Origin: Heterodontus francisci
Taxonomy: Eukaryota
Length of the DNA stretch: 64,000 nt
Direction: 5' to 3'
NCBI RefSeq assembly: GCF_036365525.1
Contig: NC_090401.1
Span: 39,793,674-39,857,673, forward strand
In this document: piece after piece, positions 12,691-25,781 of the stretch
Numbering within the stretch: the first letter of the stretch is position 1
How the letters are laid out: the number at the start of each line of letters is the position of its first letter
Program-made: the position numbers and the translations under genes
Notes under the pieces: model-generated
The model's database searches: none
What the model saw: the letters and a program-made list of their open reading frames with translations, nothing else
What the model was told of the DNA's origin: nothing

Positions 12691-14039
12691 GAGTTCAAGT
12701 TTTGGCTGTAGACTCTAGAACTCAAAATCCTTGCCTGAGTTGCCAGGATTTTCTGTTGGTTTTGGTCAGACAGCATCTTTTAAAAAGAAACATTCCTACA
12801 CAACTGACATTTATTAACATTATTCCTTACTTTTGAATCTAACACTCTAAACTCTGAAATGTTTCTAATTGTTCCTTCTCTTGGGTACTGATCCCCTCCC
12901 TTTCAAAATCGCCTTCCTCCACCTCCTCAAAAAAACGACCCTTTTCCCTTCTGCAGAAGCAACGTTTGCCTTGCTGGGCTCCTACATTTCAGTAGACAAA
13001 TGGCAACAAATCCTCACATGTACAATCACGAAAAGCCAGGTTTGCAATAGGTAATATAGAACTGGTTGATATAATGATAACCGATAGATAACACAAGAGT
13101 AATGGCATTGAACGATTATAAAGGTCCAATGTTATTTCAGTATATGAGCCATGTAACAATTCAGACTCTGTCTTTTTGTGTTATACCTGCAGTTAAGTCT
13201 ATAACAACGGAGTAGTCAAGTGGCACTTACAGTTTTAGAACTAAATTTTGGCTTCTGCTTTCTCACCTCAGTCAGGACTATTGAGGACTTTGAGTGGGGA
13301 AATTGTGTAAGATGAGAAGATGACTGCTGTGGGTTGTTGTGTGCCCCCTGGATTGCCAGTCTTATTATCACTCACTTGCATTCATTTTCCCGCTCAAAAC
13401 ACCTTAAACAGGTATGTTTAAAAGATCTGAGTCTAAGCCTTTTCGAGAAGTGTAGACTCAGGAGGAATTTAATTGAGCTCTATACAATAATGAAGGGAAT
13501 TGATTGTGTTCCGGGTAACAAATTATTTCAAGTTGGGGAGGGCCAGGGGTGACCTGTATAAATTACCTATGGACAGTGATAGGTCAGGTGGTTCTTTTCC
13601 CACAGAACAGCAGACCTATAGAGCAAGTTGCTGTCTTGTGCGTTGGGTGCCGATTCCTGGCTGGAGAAAAGATCATGCCATACAATGTGGTGTGTACCAA
13701 GTAATAAATATCATGTTCAACATGATCTTGTGCACTAGTTTTGATCTCCTAGGGATCAGAGAGGAATTTTGTAGATTTTATTTTTACTTAATTGGCATTG
13801 GGTTTTCTCTATCTCCTTTTCCCTCTTCCTGCAGATTACATGGCACCTAGTGGGTAAGGAATGTCTTGGTTGTGATACAAAAACACCACCTGTAAGGTCA
13901 ATGTTTCCTTCTCCACCACCACCCCTGACCCCCGCAACCCCCCTCCCCGCCCAATGACATCCCCACATCTGAGTCCTGGGGCAGTGAGACCAATTGTATC
14001 ATCTATATTTATTATGTATGAGGTTATTCCAAACAAAAA

Positions 14040-14385
14040 AGACAGAACAGGCTGGAGATTTTTTCTTTAGAAAAGAGAAAGCTGAGATGCGATCTGATAG
14101 AGGTCTTTAAGATTATGAAAGGTTTGACATGGTTGATGTGGAGAAGATGTTTCCACTTGCGGGGGAGACCAAAACTAGTGGCCATAAATTTAGGGTAATC
14201 ACTAATAAATCCAGAAGGGAATTCAGGAAAACCTTTACCCAGACAGTGGTTAGAATGTGGAACTCGCTACCACAAGGATATGCTGATTGGGTTAGATGAA
14301 GAGGTGCGGGAGGAGGCTCTTGTGGAGTATAAAAAATGGCATGGACCAATTCAGTCAAATGCCCTATTTCTGTGCTGTACATTCT
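14040..14385 (+). mobile_element. CR1 LINE 3' fragment
   Basis: FSLEKRKLR-DLIEVFKIMKGFD-type sequence and CR1 tail. Confidence 0.8.
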
Positions 14386-14394
14386 AGGTGAGGA

Positions 14395-15048
14395 GATGTT
14401 GTTTCAAACAAAGAGTTAGTTACATGATTAACCTGCTGGCCAACCTGGGAATTGATTGAATTGTGCATCACAATAAAGTTTTGAGGCAAACTGCAATTCT
14501 GAAGACCAAAGAAAAGCAAGTTATCACTCTCTCTCTCTCACGTAACATTCCATGACCCACGGAAGCAACTTAAGCCTCAAGACAGAAGACCCCTGCAGCC
14601 TTCTGGTACCAGTGAAATAAGTTCGAAAGTGTGCACTGGGCCCCAACGAGAACTGTAAGACTTAACTTCAATCAAAGACTTCATAACAAAACAAAAAAAC
14701 AGTAACTGAATCCCATCTACTACTTCAAACCTTCCCCCTTTAATTCTTTCTCCTCCTCTGTATCTATTTGTGTGCGTGTTTATCGCTTTTGCCTGCTAGC
14801 GTGGTTGTGTCACATATTTTTAGTCGTTTTAACAGAGGTAGAGTGTTAAGGTCAATAAACTTACACGTTTCTTGTTTAAACCTGAGAAAGTCTGTCTGGT
14901 TGACCCCTTTACAATTACAATTAGAGAGCAGTAAGGAGTCACTGAGATGAAGCTAAAAACACTGGATTTTAAAAGTTTAACCCTGTTACAGCCAAACCAA
15001 TAAAAGGCCGAGAGGGGAGCCCTAGACCCCTTCCCACCTGATCGTAAT
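14395..15048 (+). mobile_element. Solo LTR-like element
   Basis: Its end (ccctagaccccttcccacctgatcgtaata) is the reverse complement of the start of the element at 53527. Internal AATAAA near 14855. Confidence 0.6.
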
Positions 15049-15159
15049 ATTACTAAATTTTATTAACAAAAGTGGAAATTTAAATTCAATTAAAGCAAAG
15101 AAGAAAAAAGCTGAGGAAGAGAGAGAAAAGCAACAGTTTTCACCTAGACTCAGAAGGGT

Positions 15160-17385
15160 GCAGAGAGAGGGGGAATAATTAGGAACAGAGAGGGGGAGAG
15201 TAACCAAATACAAACAGAAGGGGAATAATCGGGGGGGGGGGGAACAGTCAGGTACAGAGAGGGGGGAGAATCAGGTACAGGGAGAGAGGGGGAAACAGTC
15301 AGGTAAAGAGAGGGAGAACGATCAGATACGTGGAGGGGGAACAGTCAGATACAGAGAGAGAGGGGGAACAGTCAAGTAAAGAGAGGGGGAACAATCAGAT
15401 ACATGGAGGGGGAACAGTCAGATACAGAGAGAGAGGGGGAACAGTCAAGTACAGGGAGAGAGGGAACAATCAGGTACAGGGAGAGAGGGAACAATCAGGT
15501 ACAGGGAGAAAGAGGGAACAGTCAGATACAGGGAGAGAGGGGGAACGGTCAGGTACAGGGAGAGAGGGGGAACAATCAGGTACAGGGAGTGAGGGGGAAC
15601 AGTCACGTACAGGGAGAGAGGGGGAACAATCAGGTACAGAGAAAGGGGAACAGTCAGGTACAGGGAGAGAGGGAACAATCAGGTACAGGGAGAAAGGGGG
15701 AACAGTCAGATACAGGGAGAGAGGGGGAACTGTCAGATACAGGGAGAGAGGGGGAACAATCAGGTACAGTGAGTGAGGGGGAACAGTCAGGTACAGAGAG
15801 GGGGGAGAATCAGGTACAGGGAGAGAGGGGGAAACAGTCAGGTAAAGAGAGGGAGAACGATCAGATACGTGGAGGGGGAACAGTCAGATACAGAGAGAGA
15901 GGGGGAACAGTCAAGTAAAGAGAGGGGGAACAATCAGATACATGGAGGGGGAACAGTCAGATACAGAGAGAGAGGGGGAACAGTCAAGTACAGGGAGAGA
16001 GGGAACAATCAGGTACAGGGAGAGAGGGAACAATCAGGTACAGGGAGAAAGAGGGAACAGTCAGATACAGGGAGAGAGGGGGAACGGTCAGGTACAGGGA
16101 GAGAGGGGGAACAATCAGGTACAGGGAGTGAGGGGGAACAGTCACGTACAGGGAGAGAGGGGGAACAATCAGGTACAGAGAAAGGGGAACAGTCAGGTAC
16201 AGGGAGAGAGGGAACAATCAGGTACAGGGAGAAAGGGGGAACAGTCAGATACAGGGAGAGAGGGGGAACAGTCAGATACAGGGAGAGAGGGGGAACAATC
16301 AGGTACAGTGAGTGAGGGGGAACAGTCAGGTACAGGGAGAGAGGGGAATAGTTAGGTACAGGGAGAGAGGGGAACAGTCAGGTACAGGGAGAGAGGGGAA
16401 CAGTCAGGTACAGGGAAAGAGGGGAACAGTCAAGTACAGGGAGAGAGGGGAACCGTCAGGTACAGGAAAAGAAGGGAACAGTCAGGTATAGGGAAAGGGG
16501 AACAGTCAGGGACAGGGAAAGGGGAATAGACAGGGACAGGGAGAGAGGGGGAACAGTCAGGTACAGGGAGAGAGGGGAACAGTCAGGTACAGGAGAGGGG
16601 GGAACAGTCAGGTACAGGGAGAGGGGGGAAACAGTCAGGTACAGGGAGAGGGGGGAAACAGTCAGGTACAGGGAGAGAGGGGGAACAGTCAAGTGAAGAG
16701 AGGGGGAACAATCAATTACAGGGAGGGTAACATTCAGATACAGAGAGAGGGGGAACAGTCAGGTACAGGGAAAGAGGGGAACAATCAGTTACAGGGAGAG
16801 AGGGGAACATTCAGGTAGGGAAAGAGGGGAACAGTCAGGTACAGAGAAAGGGGAACAGTCAGGTACAGGGAGAGAGTGGAACAGTCAGGTAGGGAAAGAG
16901 GGGAACAGTCAGGTACAGGGAAAGGGGAACAGTCAGGTACAAGGAGAGAGGGGAACATTCAGGTAGGGAAAGAGGGGGAACAGTCAGGTAAAGAGAGGGG
17001 GAACAATCAGGTACAGGGAGAGAGGGGGAACAATCAGTTACAGGGAGGGTAACATTCAGATACAGAGAGAGGAGGAACAGTCAGGTGCAGGGAGAGAGGC
17101 GAACAGTCAGGTACAGGGAAAGAGGGGAACAATCAGTTACAGGGAGAGAGGGGGAACAGTCATGTACAGTCAGGTACAGGGAAAGAGGGGAACAGTCAGG
17201 TATAGGGAGAGAGTGGGAACAGTCAGGTATAGGGAGAGAGTGGGAACAGTCAGGTACAGGGAAAGGGGGGAACAGTCAGGTACAGGGAGAGAGAGGAACA
17301 CTGAGGGGAACAGTCGAGGTACAGGGAGACAGGGGAACAGTCAGGTACAAGGAGAGAGGGGAACAGTCGAGGTACAGGGAGGGGA
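15160..17385. repeat. Purine-rich ~25-27-bp minisatellite (gggagagagggggaacagtcaggtaca) with 539-bp higher-order duplication
   Basis: Directly visible. Identical ORF translations offset by 539 bp (15403/15942; 15445/15984). Confidence 0.95.
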
Positions 17386-17523
17386 GCTGCAATGCCACGG
17401 GCAGAGAGAGGGGGCGCTGGCGGCTCCCAGCTGCTGCCCCGCGGTCTCGGTCTCTGCAGCCGACGTCCTTGGCCCGAGTTTCCCGGTGACACCGTGTTGG
17501 CCGATGCGGCCTCACCGTCTCCA

Positions 17524-20500
17524 ATGCAATACGTTTCTCAGCAGAATGCTCTGTCCCATCCGAGCCAGCTCATGCCCCCGCAATTCGGCTATGTGATCCT
17601 GGTGTTTATCTACAGCTGGGTTATGCTGGCGTACCTGGGAATGAAAGTGGGAATCGCCAGGAAAAAATACAATGTCAAGGTAAGTGAGAAAGAAACTCCC
17701 TCCACCTCCAGCACAGGCCTGACCTTTGACCAGTAAATTACAAACTATATTAAAATATAGTTAGTTAGTGAGCTCGGCAACATAATTTGAAGCATTCTTA
17801 GAAAGCTTAGATCTGTTTAGTTGGAAGAATTTATTTGGATTAGTTTTTCATTGACTGTCTTTAACAATGGATTTTTGAAACTGAAACATTGACAAGAGTT
17901 CTGGAATTGGGTTGTGGAGTCGTTTATTAGCTTTGTAATAATACATTATATTTCTTTCCAGTATCCAGACATGTACAGTGATAAGGACCCACTATTCAAC
18001 TGCATTCAACGAGCACATCAGAACACATTGGAGATATATCCTCAGTGGCTGATCTTCCAACTAATAGCTGGAGTTGTCTACCCGGTAAGGATGAGGAAAA
18101 GGCATTGTAGCTCAAAGAAATATTCTGCCATAAATAATCTGTGCTATCTTTATCCATGCTGCTTTTTAACTAGTAAGGTAACTAGTTCCATGCTACTGAA
18201 AGTGGGATACCTCTTCAGCTCTTATCTAAAGGACTGTATAATTCATGAGTTTATAATTAATACTGTTTTGTTTCCACAAAGAACAAATAATACATAATTG
18301 AACTTTATTTCTATGTGCATTGATGCATAAAATTGATTCTTCAACAAATTATTTCCTGATTGATATAACTTTAGCTTGCTGAAAATTGCTGTTCAATTTC
18401 TTTTTTATTCTTTCACGGGATGTGAGCATCACTGGCAAGGCCGGAATTTGTTGCCCATCCCTAATTGCCCACGAGAGGGTGGTGGTGATCCGCCTTCTTG
18501 TATCACTGCAGTCCACGTGGTGTAGGTACACGCAGAGTGATGTTAGGAAGGGAGTTCCAGGATTTTGATCCAGCAACGATGAAAGAATGGTGATATAGTT
18601 CCAAGTCAGGATGGTGTGTGGCTTGGAGGGGAACTTGCAGGTGGTGGTGTTCCCATTTGTCTGCTGCCCTTGTCCTTCTTGGTGGTAGTGGTTGAGGGTT
18701 TGGAAGGTGCAATTGAAGGAGCCTTGGTGAGTTGCTGCATTGCATCTTGTAGATGGCACACACTGCTGCCACTCTGCATCAGTGGTGGAGGGGGTGAATG
18801 TTGAAGATGGTGGATGGGGTGCCAGTCAAGTCGGCTGCTTTGTCCTAGATGATTTTGAGCTTCTTGAGTATTGTTGGAGCTGCACTAATCCAGGCAAGTG
18901 GAAAGTATTCCATCACACTCCTGACTTGTGTTTCGTGGATGGTGAACAGGCTTTGGGGAGTCAGGAGTAGAGTTACTTGCTGCAGAATTCCCAGCCTCTG
19001 ACCTGCTCTTGTAGCCACAGTACCTATATGGCTGGTCCAGTTCAGTTTCTGGTCAATGTTGAAAGTGGGAGGTTCAGCGACAGTAGTGCCATTGAAAGTC
19101 ATGGGGAAATGGTTGAATTTTCTCTTGTTGGTGATGGTCATTGCCTGCCACTTGTATGGCACGAATGTAACTTGCCACTTTTCAGTCCAAGCTGAATGTC
19201 ATTTGGGTCTTGTTGCATATGGACATGGACTACTTCAGTATCTGAGGAGTCACATTGGAGTCACGTTGTGAAATCATTAGCGAACATCCCCACTTCTGAC
19301 CTTGTGTTGGAGGGAAGGTCATTGTTGAAGCAGCTGAAGATGGTTGGGCCTAGGACACTGCCCAGAGGAACTCGTGCAGTGACATCCTGGGACTGAGATG
19401 ATTGACCTCCACAACCACAACCATCTTCCTTTGTGCTAGGTATAACTCCAACCATCGGAGAGTTTTCCCAATTCCCATTGACTTCAGTTTTACTCGGGCT
19501 CCTTGATGCCACAATCTGTCAAATGCTACCTTGAATTCAAAGGCAATCACTCTCACCTCAGCTCTTGAGTTCAGTTCTTTTGTCCATGTTTGGACCAAGG
19601 CTGCAATGAGATCAGGAGCTGAGTGGCTAAGGCGGAACCCAAACTGAGTGTCAGTGAACAGGTTGTTGCTGAGTAAGTGCCACTTGATAGCACTGTTAAA
19701 AATACCTTCCATCACTTTACTGATGATTGAGAGTAGACTGATGGAACAGTAATTGGCCAGATTGGATTTGTCCTGCTTTTTGTGTACAGGACATATCTAG
19801 GCATTTTCCATATTGTCGGATAGATGCCAGTGTTGTAGCTGTACTGGAACAGTTTAGCTAGAGGCGCGGCCAGTTCTGGAGCCGGAATGTTGCCAGGCCC
19901 CATAGCCTTTGCGGTATCCAGTGCCTTCAGCCATTTCTTGATTTCGTGTGGAGTGAATCGAATTGGCTGAAGACTGTCACCTGTGATGTTGAGGACCTCA
20001 AGAGGAGGCCGAGATGGATCGTTCACTCGGCACTTCTGGCTGTTGCAAATGCTTCAGCCTTGTCTTTTGCACTGATGTGCTGGGCTCTGCCATCGAGGAT
20101 GGAGATATTTGTGTAGCCTCCTCCTTCTGTTCCTAATTGTTCTCTACCATTCATGACTGGATGTGGCAGGACTGCAGAGTTTAGATCTAATCCGTTGGTT
20201 GTGGGATTGCTTAGCTCTGTCTATCACATGCTGCGTCTACTGTTTGCCATGCAAGTAGTCCTGTGTTGTAGCTTTGCCAGGTTGACACCTCATTTTTAGG
20301 TATGCCTGGTGCTGCTCCTGGCTTGCCCTCCTGCACACTTCATTGAACCAGGGTTGATCCCCTGACTTGATGGTAATGGTGGAGTGGGGGATATGCCAGG
20401 TTATGGATTGTGGTCAAATACAATTCTGCTGCAGCTGACGGCCCACAGCGCCTCATGAATACCCAGTTTTGAGTTGCTAGATCTTTTTAAAATCTATCCC

Positions 20501-23500
20501 ATTTAGAATGGTGGTAGTGCCACACAACACAATGGAGGGTATCCTCAGTGTGAAGATGGGACTTCATCTCCACAAGGACTGCGCAGTGGTCATTCCTTCC
20601 AATACTGTCATGGATGGATGCATCTGCAACAGGTATATTGGTGAGGACAAGGTTAGATAGGTTTTTCTCTCGGCCCCCTCCCCACCTTCCGCAGACCCAG
20701 TCCGGCTGCTATGTCCTTTAGGACTTAGCCAGTAGCGGTGCTACCGAGCCACTCGGTGATGGATATTGAAGTCCCCCACCCAGAGTATATTCTGTGCTAT
20801 GTCCTTGCCACCCTCAGTGCTTCTTCCAAGTGGTGTTCAACATGGAGGAGTATTGATTCATCAGCTGGGGGCAGGGGGAGCAGTTGTTGGTAATCACAAG
20901 TGGTCTCTGTGCCCATGTTTGACCTGATTCCATGGACTTTATGGGGTGCGGAGTCAATGTTGAGGACTCTCAGAGCAACTCCCTCCCGCTTGTATGCCAC
21001 TGTGCCACCACCTCTGGTGAGCCTGCCCGTGGGACAGGACATACCCATGGATGATGTCTGTAAGGTATGAGTCTATGAGTATGATAATGGCAGGTTGTTG
21101 CTTGACTTGTCTGTGGGACAGCTTTCCCAATTTTGGCACAAGCCTCCAGATGTTAGTCAGGAGGACTTTGCAGGGTTGACAGGGATGGGTTTGCCATTGT
21201 CATTTCCAGTGCTTAGGTCAATGCCGCAAATTGGTACTACTCAGTGGCTTGCATTTAAGAGTCACATTGCTGGGCGTCTGGAGTCACATGTAGGCCAGAC
21301 TAGGTCAGGACGGCAGATTTCCTTCCCTAAAGGACAATTACTGAACCAGATGGATTTTTACAACAATCGACAGTGGTTTCATGATCACCATTACGGAGAG
21401 CAGCTTCTTTTAAATTCCAGATTTATTAATTGAATTTAAATTCCACCGGTTACCATGATGGGATTTGTATCTGTATCCCCAGAGCATTAGCCTGGGCTAC
21501 TGGATTTCTAGTCCAGTGACATTACCACTATGCCACAGTCTCCCCTATATTGATCCCTGTGTTCAATGTTGCTCAGTGTGTCTTGCCTCAGTTTAATGGA
21601 GGGGAATGTTCCTGCAGCAGTGACATATTTTCCCTCGGAACTAAAGTTAATACTTACTGTCCCACAGACCACAAACGAATCTGCATGCGCTGCCTCATCC
21701 TTCTGCTGAACGAAAATTGAATGTGACAGGGTAGGGGTAAAATTGGGCAGGTTGGCATACTTAGTTACACTTTTACCAGAGTAAAGAAATTTCTCCTGAA
21801 TTCCCTGTGGGATTTATTAATGACTCATAAATATATGAAGTATACAAATGAAAAAGAACAAGAAATCTGCAATTTGTACTACAGCTTAGAAACATCTCAA
21901 AGTGCATTGTGTACTTTGAAGTGCAGTGACTTTTGGTATATACTGGGCAGACATTTCCTGCACGAGAACAGAAGATATTAATTTTAAACATGCACACGAA
22001 ACCTAGTTTACTGAGTATTTTCAATTGATTTTTATCTCTTAACAATATCCTTCATTGTGGCTTATTGCATATGCTGAACAACAAAATAATCTAGTTTGCT
22101 TAATATTTCACAGATCACAGCTTCTGTGCTTGGTATCATCTGGGTAACCAGCCGATTTACGTATGCATGGGGATATTACTCAGGGGGTACGTATTATTCA
22201 AATTCCTTTTTTCTATGCGTCTTATATTTTGGAAGAAAACAAATATATAGTAGAGAAATAAAAATATCAATCTTATTTTAAAGTTCCATATGTACCATAA
22301 GGCCTTGCATTTCTGTATCACAATGATATAGCACAGGAGGCCATTGTGCCTATGCCAACTCTTTGGTAGATATCTAATTAATCCCACTCCCCTGCTCTTT
22401 CCTCATAGCCCTGTCATTTTCCCCCCTTCAGGTATTCAGCCAGTTCTCTTCTGAATGTTAGTATTGATACTAGGATTCTACCACCCTTTCAGGCAATGCA
22501 TTGCAGATTAGAACTTGCTGTGTATCTCAGAAAAGTATCAGTGTCCTTTATTTATGATAAATAATTAAGGTCCAATGCAAATGCAGTTGCCATTTCCACA
22601 AACAGAAAGGAAGTGAAGAGCTAGTTGATCTGCTTTTGCCTATATTGATTGAGGGAGGAATTTTGGCCAGGACCCTGGTAGAGTTCCCAACTCTTCTTTG
22701 ATTAATACCATGGAACCTTTAACGTCCACCAAAACCACAAACAAGCAGGCTGTATCTTGGCTTAATGTCTCTTCTGAAGGATAACTTCTCCAATAATGCA
22801 GCAATAAAATGCTAGTTTCTGAAGAGGAGTTTGAACCCACCTCCTAACACAGAAGCAGACATTACCAAATGAGACAAACTGGCACATAGAGTCAGTATTA
22901 TCAAAAAATGCTAAATAGCAGAAAAGCAATCGGTGTTCCTCACAATCAAAATGTGGTATCTTTTTAGCTAGTGTAGAATGCTTTTGGTGAAGTAGTTTGG
23001 TGTCAGTAGTTACATAATGATGCAGATGTGCTAATCTAGAAAAGTCAAAAGCTGACCAACAGCTACAAAAAAAGCTAACAACCAAACAAAAAGCCTTTAA
23101 TGTGGGCCTTATGACACAGACCAGCTACTTCCACCTCTGTGTAATATCACTTACCTGCACCCATTCCTCATTCCAGCTGCTGCTGAAACTCCCATTTCTG
23201 CCTTTATCACCTCCGGACTCAATTATTACAGTGCTATCCTGGGCAACCTCCTATCCTTCATAAACTTGTCCAAAATTCTGCTGCATGTATTCAATTCTGA
23301 ATCAAGTACTGCTCCCCATCATCCCTGTTCTTGCTGATCTACATTGGTTCTCGGCACCACAACACCTCAAATTTAAAGTTCTCAGGAACAGGAGTAGTCC
23401 ATTCAGCCACAAGTTTGTTCCACCAATCAATTCAATTATGGCTGATCTATATCATAACACTATCTACTCACCTTGGCTCCATAGCCCTTAACACTGGCCT

Positions 23501-25781
23501 AACAAAGATTTAACAATCCCAGTTTAGAAATTTTCAACGGACCGAGCCTCAACAGCTTTTTGGGGAAAGAGAGTTCCAGATTTCCACTACCCTTTAAGTG
23601 AACAAGTGCTTTCTGACATCACCCCTGAACAATCTAGTTCTAATTCTAGTTCTTGTGCTGGACTCTGTCACCAGAGGAATTAGTTTCTCTATCTACGCCA
23701 TCAACTCCTTTCATCATCTTAAACACCGTAATTAGACCACTCCTTAATCTTCTATATTCAAGGGAACACAAGCCAAGTCAATGTAATCTGTCCTCATCAT
23801 TTAACCCTTTTAGCCCCAGTATCGTTCTGGTGGATCTGCACTACAGTCCCTCCAAGGCCAATATAATCTTCCTGAGGTATGGTACCAACTGAACACAGTG
23901 CTCTAAATGGGGTCTAACCAGAGCTTTACAACTGTAACATAACTTCCATCCCGTTGTATTCCAGCCCTCAAGATAAAGGCCAATATTCCATTAGCCTTTT
24001 AAATTATTTTTGATACCTGTCCACTAGCTTTTACTGATTTATGTATTTGGACCTCCAAATCTCTGCTCATCCATTTTTCTACCTTCTCACCATTTGGAAA
24101 ATACTCTGATCTACCTTTCTGAGGTTCAAAGTGAACAACCTCACACTTACTCCTGTGCTGAACTTCATCTGCCATTGTTTTGCTCACTTAATCTACCAAT
24201 GTGTGTTCCTGTTTACACTATTTACTGCACCACCTAACTTAGTGTTGTCAGCAAACTTAGCTATATGGCTCTCAATTCCTTCATCCAAGTCATTTATAAG
24301 TGTGGTGAAAGGCTGGGATCCTGGCTCAGATCACTGGGGAACACCACTAATCACATCCTACCAATTTGAGTACATACTCATTATCTCTACCTCCCTCCTC
24401 CAATTCAATGAACTCTCATTTTTCTTTCAGTCTGTTATGTGGAACCTTGTTGAATACCTTCTGGAAGTCCATATAAACATCATCCAGAGATGCTCCCTTA
24501 TCTGCACTTGTTACCTCCTCAAAAAACGAGACATAACTTGCCCTTTACAAATCCATGCTGGCTCTCTGATCAACTCATGTTTAAATTCCTTCACGGTCTT
24601 GCCCCTCTCTGTCTCTGGAACCTCCCCCAGTTCCACAATCCCGACCCCCTGCATCAAACTCTTAATTCTTGACTCTGACTTCTTTTGCACTTCCCCCTCC
24701 CTTGTACCCCAGTATTCGCAGCCAGTGAGGCCCTACTCTGGAATTCCCTCCATAAACTACTGTACCTCTTGATCTCCCCCTTGAAGACCCTTCATAAAAT
24801 CTGTTTCTTTGACAAAGCTTTTGGTCACCTCTCTTTTTTTTGGTTACGCCTTTTCAAAGTGCCGTGGGACATTTTAACCTGTTAAAGACATTACATAAAG
24901 CAAGTTGTCGTTTCCATGACCTGCATTTTCTGTATTAATTTCATATCTGTTGCATTTGCAGTCTTATTCCTCTTTATCAATGTTTGCTTATTCTCACATT
25001 TTTGTTCACGTGGCCCTCTCCTGTCTTTTCACATCTTACTACTTGTACATTCCTACCTCTGCATCATGTCACAGATAATCTTTTATATGATTTGTCTTAA
25101 GTCAGCTTAAGGTCACTTAATCCATTAACTCCCTCTCCAATCAGTATATTTGTTGATTCTCTCCCTTTTCTAACCTTAACAAAATACCCATTTACCTTCC
25201 TTTCTGGTTAAGGCTTATACATCAAAAAAGTTGTAACCTATTGTGTCTCTTTACAGTTGTTGCCTGATTGCCTGAAATACACAACCAGTTTGTTTTTGTC
25301 ATTGTCTTCTTTTGATTTACCTAAATATCACTGTTTTCCCTTTCCTGCTCTACCTCTTTGATTTTCTCATCTCTGCCCTGTAAACATTCAGCGAGCTGTC
25401 CTGAAGCCTTTGATTCCTTCCAGCCTCCTTTCTCTGCACGTGGCCTGCAAATAATGACAGGCCTATGAAGTTCACTGGACCACAAGATAACAAGCTATGA
25501 AACTCCTGCTTCCACAAAAAAAAGGTCCAATATTTCTCCTTTATAACTCCACTAAACCATATAAAACTTACTCTTTTTAAAAAAAATTGTTGCATGTAGT
25601 GTTTGCTATTTCATAATGAAACCATGTTTTAAATTATGTACTTTGGTTCAGCTACGTTATCTTCTTTTTCTTCACAGTGCCAGAGAAAAGAATGAATGGT
25701 GCCTATGGATACATTGGTCTGCTGGGAGTTATTTTCCTGTCTATAGTTATCGCTTTTAAAACCCTCATTGGAGGAGGATAA
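17524..25781 (+). CDS. MGST3: Microsomal glutathione S-transferase 3-like (mgst3b type, MAPEG family); exons 17524(or 17572)-17679, 17962-18084, 22114-22186, 25678-25781
   Basis: Spliced translation ...[32 protein letters not shown]|[29 protein letters not shown]...YP|[24 protein letters not shown]|[18 protein letters not shown]...GGG*. All GT-AG and in phase. Start ATG ambiguous (17524 vs 17572). Confidence 0.92.
18400..21545 (-). mobile_element. Decayed CR1/L2-clade LINE (APE endonuclease + RT) with tRNA-derived 5' head, in mgst3 intron 2
   Basis: EN start [25 protein letters not shown]; RT motifs [24 protein letters not shown]; 3' tail gggatgggcaacaaat...catcccgtgaaagaataaaaaa; 5' end gtggcatagtggtaatgtcactggactag. 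Confidence 0.82.
22640..22880 (-). mobile_element. DeuSINE-like fragment
   Basis: Reverse complement resembles the Deu domain seen at 60170-60555. Confidence 0.5.
23510..24560 (-). mobile_element. CR1 LINE fragment nested in an L2 remnant
   Basis: [10 protein letters not shown] and KCEVVHF motifs on the minus strand; L2-like pieces on both sides. Confidence 0.75.

Noticed and set aside
15330-17596. Long ORFs (148-180 aa) of EGEQSGTGR-type repeats
   Set aside because: They are translations of a stop-poor minisatellite in several frames, with no splice or homology support.
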